Source: Thermoplasmata archaeon
Lineage (GTDB): Archaea; Thermoplasmatota; Thermoplasmata; UBA10834; DTMW01
Assembly (NCBI GenBank): GCA_038852105.1
Contig: JAWCKK010000006.1
Coordinates: 16,072-80,071 of the forward strand
DNA length: 64,000 nt
Direction of reading: 5' to 3'
Shown in pieces: positions 56,359 through 64,000 of this stretch. The notes below the pieces were generated by a model that saw nothing but the letters and a program-made list of their open reading frames with translations, ran no database searches and was not told where the DNA came from. The position numbers and the translations under genes were made by a program. The first letter of the stretch is position 1. Each line of letters begins with the position of its first letter.

Positions 56359-57087
56359 TCAATCAGTGAGCGGCGGTGTGACGGTGAACTTTCCGTCCTT
56401 GAAAATCATGGTCAAATCGCCGTGGTATATCTTCGAGTGCCTGCTCTTGACTATCCTCATCCTTAGCTGCACGTCCGTCTCCCCTACATCGACAAACTTC
56501 AGCAGGATAGTGCCATCGGTCAGATACTCTTCGTGATGCGGCCCGAACCTCGCATCCTCTCCGACATCGGTCTCGGAGATGAGTATCGTCGTCACCCCGA
56601 GGCTTTTCAGAAATCCGAAGAAGTGGAACAGCTGCTGGCGCGGGTTGTCCATCGTGGTGAGGGCATATATCGCAGTCAGCGAGTCGATCACGACCATTTC
56701 GATACCTTCGGTATCGACCTTCTTGCGCAGGTATTCTTTCAATATTCGGAACCAGTCTCTCCCGGCGTCCGCGTCCGCGTGCTCCAGCCTGAGCCTTCCG
56801 ATGTCGACGATGAACATCCTTGTCTCGTCGACATCAGTGAATCCGAGGCTCCGCATGGCCCTCAAGAGGCTCTCGCGGCTCTCCTCGATGCTGATGTATA
56901 ACACCTTCCGATCGTCATACTTCGCGTTGTTGTATAGAATGGACAATGCGAGGGAGGACTTCATTGTCCCCGGAGTGCCAGACAAGAGAATCACGTGTCC
57001 CTTGACGAGCCCACCGCCGAAACGCTCATCAAGCCCTTCGACATAGGTCTTTATCCTTTCTGGCTCGTAGAGAGAAGGCTGGGACAT
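56359..57087 (-). CDS. KaiC/RAD55-like ATPase
   Basis: TYVEGLD...GGL, GTPGTMKS, ISIEE, VVIDSL, EYLTDG, VKSR. Confidence 0.88.
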   Translation of the reverse strand: MSQPSLYEPERIKTYVEGLDERFGGGLVKGHVILLSGTPGTMKSSLALSILYNNAKYDDRKVLYISIEESRESLLRAMRSLGFTDVDETRMFIVDIGRLRLEHADADAGRDWFRILKEYLRKKVDTEGIEMVVIDSLTAIYALTTMDNPRQQLFHFFGFLKSLGVTTILISETDVGEDARFGPHHEEYLTDGTILLKFVDVGETDVQLRMRIVKSRHSKIYHGDLTMIFKDGKFTVTPPLTD

Positions 57088-57288
57088 CAGATATCACAAT
57101 TCGTCAGGTGGTAATCAGGCAAATCTGGATAAATATGTTTTGTGTCTGATTTTCAATTCAAAAATTATCTGCTAGTTGGCGAATTCCGGCCTGCTGGTCA
57201 TTCGCCGAGAAAGGCGACGGGCACACGGATGGTAGGTCGGGAAAAGTAGAATAAGAATCGTTATCAATTCCAAGGATAAGGCGATATC

Positions 57289-57639
57289 TTGTCTTCAGAA
57301 AAACGGTTAGCCAAATTGGCATATGCGGTCATCATCTTGCTGATAATTGACGTTGCCATAACCGTGATGTTCAATGCAATCTCCGGATCAGGCAATCTCA
57401 TGGACGGTCTATGGATACTCCTTGTTGCAGAAGGACTGATAATGATGGCGATATGTCTCGCACTCTTGACTTCATCTTCGAAGAGAATGAGGGCCGAATC
57501 ATTGTATTTTTCGAGCGTCGGGAACAATGAGCCTTCTAAGGGGCTTCATCAGAAAGTTCAATCGGATGAGGTGATCGCAATTCTGTTCGGAGGCATGGGA
57601 TTCATATTCGTTTTCGTAGGCACGGTAATCGCTGGCTGA
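57289..57639 (+). CDS. hypothetical three-TM membrane protein
   Basis: 116 aa, three hydrophobic helices, TTG start. Confidence 0.6.
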   Translation: MSSEKRLAKLAYAVIILLIIDVAITVMFNAISGSGNLMDGLWILLVAEGLIMMAICLALLTSSSKRMRAESLYFSSVGNNEPSKGLHQKVQSDEVIAILFGGMGFIFVFVGTVIAG

Positions 57640-57736
57640 CGACGATCCATCCATGAATCTGAGAAGAGATCGGGATGGAGTTCTCGGTGATTGCGAAAGC
57701 AGAATCATAGAAAATGGCTGGCTCGTCATTCTTGTC

Positions 57737-58699
57737 CTATCTTCTCTTCAGGCGGGGATTTAGAATCTCATCCAATGTCTCGCCTACCAGGTAGAAGCTC
57801 ATGATCATCAGAACTATCCCAACGGAGGGAGGAAGGAGCCACCACCATTGGCCCAACAGCATTGCCGATTGGTCGTGTGCGCGTTCCAGCATCCATCCCC
57901 AACTGACGACGTTGGGGTCTCCAAGACCGAAGAAATCGAGATACGACTCAGAGAATATCGCTCCGGCAACGAGCAGGACAGTATTTGCAACTATGAGCGG
58001 GAAGACGTTCGGGAAGACGTGCCTTTGTATTATATGCCAGTTGGTGGCGCCCAATGCTCTTGACCTCTCTATGAACATCTTTTCTTTGATTGAAAGTACC
58101 GAAGCTCTCACAATTCTCGTTGTCGGAGCCCATGACGTGATTCCGATGACCAGGATCACTATCCACAAGCTCCTGCCAAGGATGGCGACGAGCACTATCA
58201 TCAGAGGGAACCAAGGTATTACCAGGAAGAAATCGGTCAGCCTCATCAATATCTCATCCAAAGTCCTTCCATAGTAGCCGCTGATCACTCCCACACCAGC
58301 GCCGATCACGATAGATATCAATCCTGCGAAGAGGCCCACAAGAAGGGATGTCCCGGCGCCGTAAAGAAACTGAGACAAGATGTCCTTGTCTTCGGAATCC
58401 GTCCCAAAGAGATGTTCCCAGCTCGGTGGTTGCGGGATCACATTGGTGACCTCCTTCGGTGCCAACGGGTTTTCGGGAGCGATGTAAGGGCCCACCACCG
58501 CTATTATCGTCATCGCGATCAGGACATACAAGGCGAACATGCCTGACCTGCTTTCTTTGTACTGCTCCCAGAATTGATGGCCCCGACTCGCGGCAAGCCT
58601 CAATCTCTCTGCTCTCATGGGGCCTATGGCTCTGACGATCTGGCGCTTAGGATGAGAAAATATCCTTCTTGCCATATCGATGATTGATTTTCGCGTCAT
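57737..58699 (-). CDS. dppC: peptide ABC transporter permease DppC
   Basis: HLFGTD, FIERSRALGA EAA loop, LDFFGLG..SWG, LNPRL. Confidence 0.92.
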   Translation of the reverse strand: MTRKSIIDMARRIFSHPKRQIVRAIGPMRAERLRLAASRGHQFWEQYKESRSGMFALYVLIAMTIIAVVGPYIAPENPLAPKEVTNVIPQPPSWEHLFGTDSEDKDILSQFLYGAGTSLLVGLFAGLISIVIGAGVGVISGYYGRTLDEILMRLTDFFLVIPWFPLMIVLVAILGRSLWIVILVIGITSWAPTTRIVRASVLSIKEKMFIERSRALGATNWHIIQRHVFPNVFPLIVANTVLLVAGAIFSESYLDFFGLGDPNVVSWGWMLERAHDQSAMLLGQWWWLLPPSVGIVLMIMSFYLVGETLDEILNPRLKRR

Positions 58700-58710
58700 T
58701 TTTTCTCACC

Positions 58711-59718
58711 CTATAATTTCACGCGCGGGTCGAGATAGAAATTCATTATATCCGCAATGAAGTTCGCAATCAACACCGCAACTACTTCGAGGACAAAGGT
58801 GGCCTGGAGCACGGGAAAATCGTAGCAGAGCACTGCTTCCCACGACAGGTATCCGAGCCCCTTGTACGTGAAGATGTACTCGATCATGATGGTCCCGCCC
58901 ATTATCCAACCGACGTTCATTGCGATATCGGCAAGAACGGGCAGGTAGGCGTTCGGCATCGCATGCTTCTTGAGAATCTGTTTTTCATCCAGCCCCTTTG
59001 CTTCCGCTGTCAGAATATAGTCTTCCGTGAGCACGTCTATCAGGCTGCTTCTGATAATCAGAGAGAAGCCGGCAAGGCTTTCGATAACGAGCGAAATAAT
59101 TGGAAGAAACGCATGTTGGGACACATCCAGTATCTTGCCGAATAGATCGAGCTTCTCAAACTCATCGATCGGGCTCGAGGCGTCCTGCAACGGCCAATCA
59201 GGTAATACTGCCGCGAAAATCACGATAAAAAATAGGGCGTAAAGAAAAGTCGGAATCGAGTAGGTTATGACAGAAAGCGATGTTGCCCATTTGTCATAGC
59301 GCTTGCCCTTTTTCCATGCGGCCTCCCGGCCTATTATGATCCCAATGAATATGGACAATATCGTGCCCACTCCGCACAGAAAGACCGTCTTCAAGACATA
59401 CGGCAACAGGATAGTGCTTATCGGCACTCTCGGAGCGAATCTGATACTCACTCCCAAATCGCCCGTAAACGCGCCGACGATTGCAGTTATGTACTGTTCC
59501 CATAATGGCTTGTCAAGACCCAGAATATGTCTCCATAGATCGATAGTCTCTTGAGGCGCTCCCCTCGGGAACATCAGTCGTATCGGATCTCCTGGCAGCA
59601 CCTTGAAAAGGAAGAAGTTAAAACTCAATATGAGAACTATGGTTATGAAAAGGTAGATTGTCCTTTTCAGAATGTATCTTTTCATCGATCTCATGTGCCT
59701 GCTCGCTCCTCGTATCAC
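58711..59718 (-). CDS. dppB: peptide ABC transporter permease DppB
   Basis: LPGDP, GLDKPLWEQY, DYILTAEAKGL, IEYIF...GLG, LDPRV. Confidence 0.92.
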   Translation of the reverse strand: MIRGASRHMRSMKRYILKRTIYLFITIVLILSFNFFLFKVLPGDPIRLMFPRGAPQETIDLWRHILGLDKPLWEQYITAIVGAFTGDLGVSIRFAPRVPISTILLPYVLKTVFLCGVGTILSIFIGIIIGREAAWKKGKRYDKWATSLSVITYSIPTFLYALFFIVIFAAVLPDWPLQDASSPIDEFEKLDLFGKILDVSQHAFLPIISLVIESLAGFSLIIRSSLIDVLTEDYILTAEAKGLDEKQILKKHAMPNAYLPVLADIAMNVGWIMGGTIMIEYIFTYKGLGYLSWEAVLCYDFPVLQATFVLEVVAVLIANFIADIMNFYLDPRVKL

Positions 59719-59806
59719 ACTATTTTACGATCGTGGTCGAAATTATCGAACGGATACAATCGCATTTTTCATATCATTATTTGAGCGACGAAACCGATGT
59801 CGTTTT

Positions 59807-62179
59807 CTATTTCTCCGTTTCTTCCCTTTCTTCTTCCGCAGCCTGTTCTTCTTGTTTCTTGCGCATCATACGGACTGCAATCGTGGCTACAAGAACGATA
59901 GCAATTGCGATTACGATTATCAATGCGACGGTATTGTCCCCCGTAGCAGTCTCATCCGGTTCATATTCCAACATCATGTACAACGGATTGCCCCAGAAAT
60001 TGTCTATTGCGAGCATCGGGTAAGACAGCCAATCTCCCCAGTTTTTCCAGGTATGGTTGTTTATTGCAAAGCAGACCTTCGGATAGACCGTGGTTATGAT
60101 ATTTCCTGACAGGTATTGCCATTTCTGGCACTCATCCACCCAGTGCTTTCTTTCGTCGTAATCCAAAGCCTTGGCCTGCTTCACATAAAGTTCATCGTAG
60201 TACGGATCGGTAGTACCGAATTCGTTCCATCCCTCCAGAGCTTTCGTGGTCGGCGCATACAATAGGTAGTTGGGATCTATGTCTCCGCTCCAATAGGTCT
60301 GCATCGTATTGAACGTATACGAATATATTAGAGTGTTCCACGTTGCACTATTGACCAACGAACTCGTGTGATCCCCTGAAGCCGTCGAAATCCAAACCCC
60401 TATCTTTTCCCAATCGGATATTATGAAATCGCCGACCTGTTTGTCTTCGAACACTTCCATTTCGACGACATGTTCGAATACGAGCTTCTTGTTGAGGAGA
60501 GTGCTCGCATTGCCGAATCCCATGGCCTCCATCCTCGTCGCCGCCAGCGGACCGGCCTTCCTCACAATCATATTAGACTCGTTCGCCCAGACATATCCGG
60601 CAGCGTTGAGAATGCGATTCGCTTCAGCGATATCGTACTCCATGATTTTGTTCAACGGCTTGGTGTAGGAGTATACAACGCCAGCAAGCTCGTACCTTTT
60701 TGAGGTAGAATTATACACGGCGCCGGTGACGTTAAATGTTGACGGGCTCTCATCGGGCTGCCAGTACCATCGTTGTGTCGCAGGTGATATCAATCCGACG
60801 CCGAGCTCTGCAAGGCCTTTATAGACGTTATTCTTGATCCATGTCTTATTCGTAGCGATCGCAATGGCTCTTTGAACCGCAGGATCGAGCCTCAACGGGT
60901 TCAAAGTGCCCGGAGCATCTTCAAAATCGTTTATGACAATTTGTTTGGAATAATCGGTCGCGCTCACCATGCTCATTAAGCTAATCGAACGCGGCAAACC
61001 CTCATCTTGCTGCCACGAAAGAAAAGTATTGGCCTGAATCTTGCCGCAATCTGCATTTCCATTCCTGATGGCCAGAGCGAGAGTCGTTTCCTCCGAGAAG
61101 AATTTTAGCTTGATCTGATCTACCTGTGTATCTTTGCCTTCAACATATCCCAAGCCTTTTTCCGTACCATCTTCTGGATCCGTGAAACGGTAGTACGGAT
61201 TTTTCCTGAGCGTAACGGTTTCTTGCGCGACCAGCTCATCAATCAGATTTTGGGTTGCAATCCAAGGGCCAGTCCCAATCGTTGGCGCGCCATTCCATTC
61301 CATGGCGATGTACGACAGAGGTTGCGAAGCAAAGATGTGCGCGGGCATTATAGGAATATAGACATTATCGCCAAAAGCGATTGGAAATGGTTCCCCAGTG
61401 TCGATGTCGGCATAGAATATCCTTACCTTATAATCATCGATTTTCTCCGCCTGTGCTATCCATCTGGTATACGGCTGATAAGACCAGTAAGTGGCGAAAT
61501 TCGGGCCAATTTGCATATTGAATGAGAAAATCACATCGTCCGCATTGAATGGTATGCCATCGCTCCAGAAAGCATTGTCTGTCAGATTGTATTCCCAGAT
61601 GGAGCCCAGCGGCCAATCATTTGGGTTTTTGACCACCAGATTAGAGAAATCCGAGCCCGTAGCTGCTGCATAGGATCCATTCATGAACCACCAAGATCTG
61701 GCAAGGTCTGGAGAGGGGGTTCCGTTTTCATCTGGTTTTGTCAGGGAGCCGTAGATGAACGCTACGAATACATACGAATTGTCGTTGATGCACACGTATG
61801 GATTGGCGCTATCGATGGGCTCCGCCATCGCTATTGTTAGAGTCCGCGTCCCCGTGTCCGCCGCCACAATTTCAGTTATCAGGACTTGAAACCCAATGCT
61901 GACCATTATTAGTGCAACGCCTATTGCAAGAGCACTTTTCTTGATGCTATGAGTACTCGAGTCTCTATCGTAATTGAAGTAGTGTTCTTCGATCTCTGAT
62001 ATAATCTCACTCCCACCTGCTCTGACTACCTCATTTGCTCCCAGCCTATTTATCCTTTGAGAAATGTCCCCAAACACGTTTGAACCCAGGAAAGAAGCCA
62101 GATTTACATTTGAACAATGGGTCACAACGAATGCCAAAAGCCAGTAACAAACGGCTATATAAACTTCAATTAATACCAA
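59807..62179 (-). CDS. dppA: peptide ABC transporter substrate-binding protein DppA (start uncertain, possibly ~62005)
   Basis: PDLARSW, WSDGIPFNADDV, IGTGPW, C-terminal TM + charged tail; paralog of 31989-34244. Confidence 0.88.
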   Translation of the reverse strand: MVLIEVYIAVCYWLLAFVVTHCSNVNLASFLGSNVFGDISQRINRLGANEVVRAGGSEIISEIEEHYFNYDRDSSTHSIKKSALAIGVALIMVSIGFQVLITEIVAADTGTRTLTIAMAEPIDSANPYVCINDNSYVFVAFIYGSLTKPDENGTPSPDLARSWWFMNGSYAAATGSDFSNLVVKNPNDWPLGSIWEYNLTDNAFWSDGIPFNADDVIFSFNMQIGPNFATYWSYQPYTRWIAQAEKIDDYKVRIFYADIDTGEPFPIAFGDNVYIPIMPAHIFASQPLSYIAMEWNGAPTIGTGPWIATQNLIDELVAQETVTLRKNPYYRFTDPEDGTEKGLGYVEGKDTQVDQIKLKFFSEETTLALAIRNGNADCGKIQANTFLSWQQDEGLPRSISLMSMVSATDYSKQIVINDFEDAPGTLNPLRLDPAVQRAIAIATNKTWIKNNVYKGLAELGVGLISPATQRWYWQPDESPSTFNVTGAVYNSTSKRYELAGVVYSYTKPLNKIMEYDIAEANRILNAAGYVWANESNMIVRKAGPLAATRMEAMGFGNASTLLNKKLVFEHVVEMEVFEDKQVGDFIISDWEKIGVWISTASGDHTSSLVNSATWNTLIYSYTFNTMQTYWSGDIDPNYLLYAPTTKALEGWNEFGTTDPYYDELYVKQAKALDYDERKHWVDECQKWQYLSGNIITTVYPKVCFAINNHTWKNWGDWLSYPMLAIDNFWGNPLYMMLEYEPDETATGDNTVALIIVIAIAIVLVATIAVRMMRKKQEEQAAEEEREETEK

Positions 62180-62203
62180 AATTATCTATTGACATCGTCA
62201 GTA

Positions 62204-62674
62204 TCAGGCGCATACTCCCCCGATGAGAAGATCGAGGCTTTCCTCCAAGGCCTCCTCGAGTTCGAGGCAGCATTCGATGTAATCCTTTAGGCCGCCTCCA
62301 AATGGGTCTTGGATGTCGATTATAATAACAGGAACTTTCTTGTTCTTGAAAGACGGATTTCCTTTGATGCCGGACAGAAGCTCATTGACGGAGCCTCCAT
62401 CTAGCAGGACGATCTTGTCACCGTCAGAGAAAGAGATGTCTCCTATTCCTCTTGGCCGATGTCGCTTTAAGCCATTTATTCGCCCAGTCACCCCAACCAC
62501 CGCTGCCTCCCTCAGCCTTCTTACTTCTTCGCTGTCAGCATAGAACGGTGATATGCCAAACGATTCCGCCCTGATGCCCTCTATTCCATATGCCTGCAGT
62601 TTTTGGTTGAATAGCTCCGCGGCTATCGGGCTTCTGCAGGTATTGCCGATGCAAACAAAATAGACCGTCGTCAT
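62204..62674 (-). CDS. low-molecular-weight phosphatase with YwlE-type (protein-arginine phosphatase) signature
   Basis: P-loop FVCIGNTCRSPIA and general-acid loop IQDPFGG. Confidence 0.8.
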   Translation of the reverse strand: MTTVYFVCIGNTCRSPIAAELFNQKLQAYGIEGIRAESFGISPFYADSEEVRRLREAAVVGVTGRINGLKRHRPRGIGDISFSDGDKIVLLDGGSVNELLSGIKGNPSFKNKKVPVIIIDIQDPFGGGLKDYIECCLELEEALEESLDLLIGGVCA

Positions 62675-63147
62675 CTCTTCGCGTTCCTTGATGAGGTCGC
62701 CTTTTCTCGTATGCCCTCGAGATACCTTCGGTAGTTATCCGGGAAGCCGTACTCGACTGCTGCCCTGAGAAGAATGCTGATATACTCTTCGGATGGCATA
62801 TGCGATTCTTTGTTCACGACCTCGTATACCCAGACGTGGGGGATTTCTCTGCCATCGGCCGAGAAGACCTTCGTCTGGAATCGCCTATAGCAATGCGGAC
62901 AACCCTCATAGTTATCGAGCCGCATCAGATCTCTGTCGGTCAACTCGTACAGATATCCCCAGACCGTTGAATTGTTGTCCCTGACGATGTCGGCGCATCC
63001 ACACTTCCATCTACCAGTCGAATAAAAAGTGAATGCGAGGCGGTACCCGTGAAGGTAGGCCGCACCGACCGGCTTGCTGGTCGGGCACCGCTCTCGCATC
63101 TGCTTCTGGTCGAGGTTCGATCCGTAGGCGAAGTATAAATGTCTCAA
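62671..63147 (-). CDS. gamma-glutamylcyclotransferase (AIG2-like) family protein
   Basis: YFAYGSNL, VWGYLY, LDNYEG catalytic Glu, PSEEY; TTG 63147 with GGGTGA SD overlapping the upstream stop. Confidence 0.9.
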   Translation of the reverse strand: MRHLYFAYGSNLDQKQMRERCPTSKPVGAAYLHGYRLAFTFYSTGRWKCGCADIVRDNNSTVWGYLYELTDRDLMRLDNYEGCPHCYRRFQTKVFSADGREIPHVWVYEVVNKESHMPSEEYISILLRAAVEYGFPDNYRRYLEGIREKATSSRNAKR

Positions 63148-63151
63148 GCTC

Positions 63152-63766
63152 TCACCCGTACATCGAGTCGAAATCCTTCCAGAGATCCCTGACCCGATCC
63201 CAATCAATCAGTTTCTCGATGATGCCGAAATCGAGCTCGTCTTCCTCATCGTCATCATCATCGAACTCATCTGGGAAGTCAATCTCGTCCTCATCCACCA
63301 GCTCCACGGGGAAATGTCGCCCGCATCGAAGAAGCTCATGCGGATTCGCATCTTCGGGGTTCAAATTCTCGTACGTCCAGGGCATGTCATCGAAATCTTC
63401 CTTTCGTGCGCAGCATTCATATTCATCTTCGCAATCGTCGCAATCGCATTCGTTGTCCCTCAGGAAATCCAAGATTCCCGAGAGATCGCTCAGCCTGAGA
63501 TGCAAGGAGAGATTCTCTAATCCCTCGATGCCGAAAACCTCCTCGACGGCGCTCAATATCTCTAACGCTCCGTCCCTGAACGCTCTCAGAGCGCGCATCC
63601 TTTCCTCTTGAGAAATGTCTTTGCCGTCGAGCGATGCAAGGAAATCTCTTTCGATGCTCCTGCGGCTGCGCAGATAGACCGCCCTTATATACCTCCGCCT
63701 CCCCTCATCGTATCCGTTCGACCTCGCCTTTCTATCTTCTCCAAAATTCCTTTTCCTTCTTCTCAT
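63152..63766 (-). CDS. hypothetical protein: Arg-rich N-terminus, Cys cluster, hyperacidic C-terminus
   Basis: 204 aa; 14 Arg in the first 40 aa; CDCDDCEDEYECC; DEDEIDFPDEFDDDDDEEDE; SD-like GGAGAAGTGA upstream. Confidence 0.7.
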   Translation of the reverse strand: MRRRKRNFGEDRKARSNGYDEGRRRYIRAVYLRSRRSIERDFLASLDGKDISQEERMRALRAFRDGALEILSAVEEVFGIEGLENLSLHLRLSDLSGILDFLRDNECDCDDCEDEYECCARKEDFDDMPWTYENLNPEDANPHELLRCGRHFPVELVDEDEIDFPDEFDDDDDEEDELDFGIIEKLIDWDRVRDLWKDFDSMYG

Positions 63767-64000
63767 CTACAATCTCACTTCTCCATCCTCGGGACAAGAT
63801 ACTACGCATGCTGAAAATATCAAAATTCTCGCTTACCGTATGAGAAATCATCTGACGAATCCACCGCTAGGCACGATCAGAAAAATCCATAGATATTGCG
63901 GGCGCAAATATCGCTTAGTATTTCACCATTTCATGATTTTTATTCTATTATCAACAAATTAATCTGCGTTTTTCGTAATTCGGCGCGATTCATCTTATTT

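Noticed and set aside
63033-63611. 192-aa Ser-rich plus-strand ORF
   Set aside because: It is the antisense shadow of the Asp/Glu codon run in the 63152-63766 gene.
110-64000. Genome-wide UAG recoding (pyrrolysine)
   Set aside because: TAG terminates EF-2 at its normal end and follows the SAMP C-terminal GG; no conserved gene appears interrupted by TAG.

Overview
This is a 64 kb chromosomal segment from an archaeon. It is most consistent with Thermoplasmatota/Euryarchaeota, based on archaeal uS12/uS7/EF-2/EF-1alpha/uS10, EgsA, TgtA, KEOPS subunits, Hel308, membrane LonB, SepF and a PEF-CTERM protein; the lineage is an inference. Most of the window is housekeeping: a tRNA-modification neighbourhood, the str operon, three tRNAs (Ser-GCT with a BHB intron, Gln-TTG, Ala-TGC), class II RNR, NAD salvage and purC. 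There is also peptide/amino-acid catabolism (secreted metallopeptidase, two DppA paralogs, IorAB, aminotransferase, formiminotransferase) and a signalling set (three KaiC-like proteins, two single-domain receivers, a sensor-less degenerate histidine kinase). I saw no CRISPR array, integrase, transposase or rRNA. The best candidate for an undescribed system is a tightly coupled three-gene operon at 62.2-63.8 kb: an Arg-rich/Cys-cluster/hyperacidic unknown protein, a gamma-glutamylcyclotransferase, and an LMW phosphatase with the YwlE-type arginine-phosphatase signature. Other items of note are a GTPase-dead SelB/EF-Tu paralog, a pseudo-ATPase/ATPase KaiC pair, an orphan DUF4130-like protein, an uncalled 49-aa zinc microprotein and candidate structured RNAs. 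All family assignments come from motif recognition by eye, not database searches.
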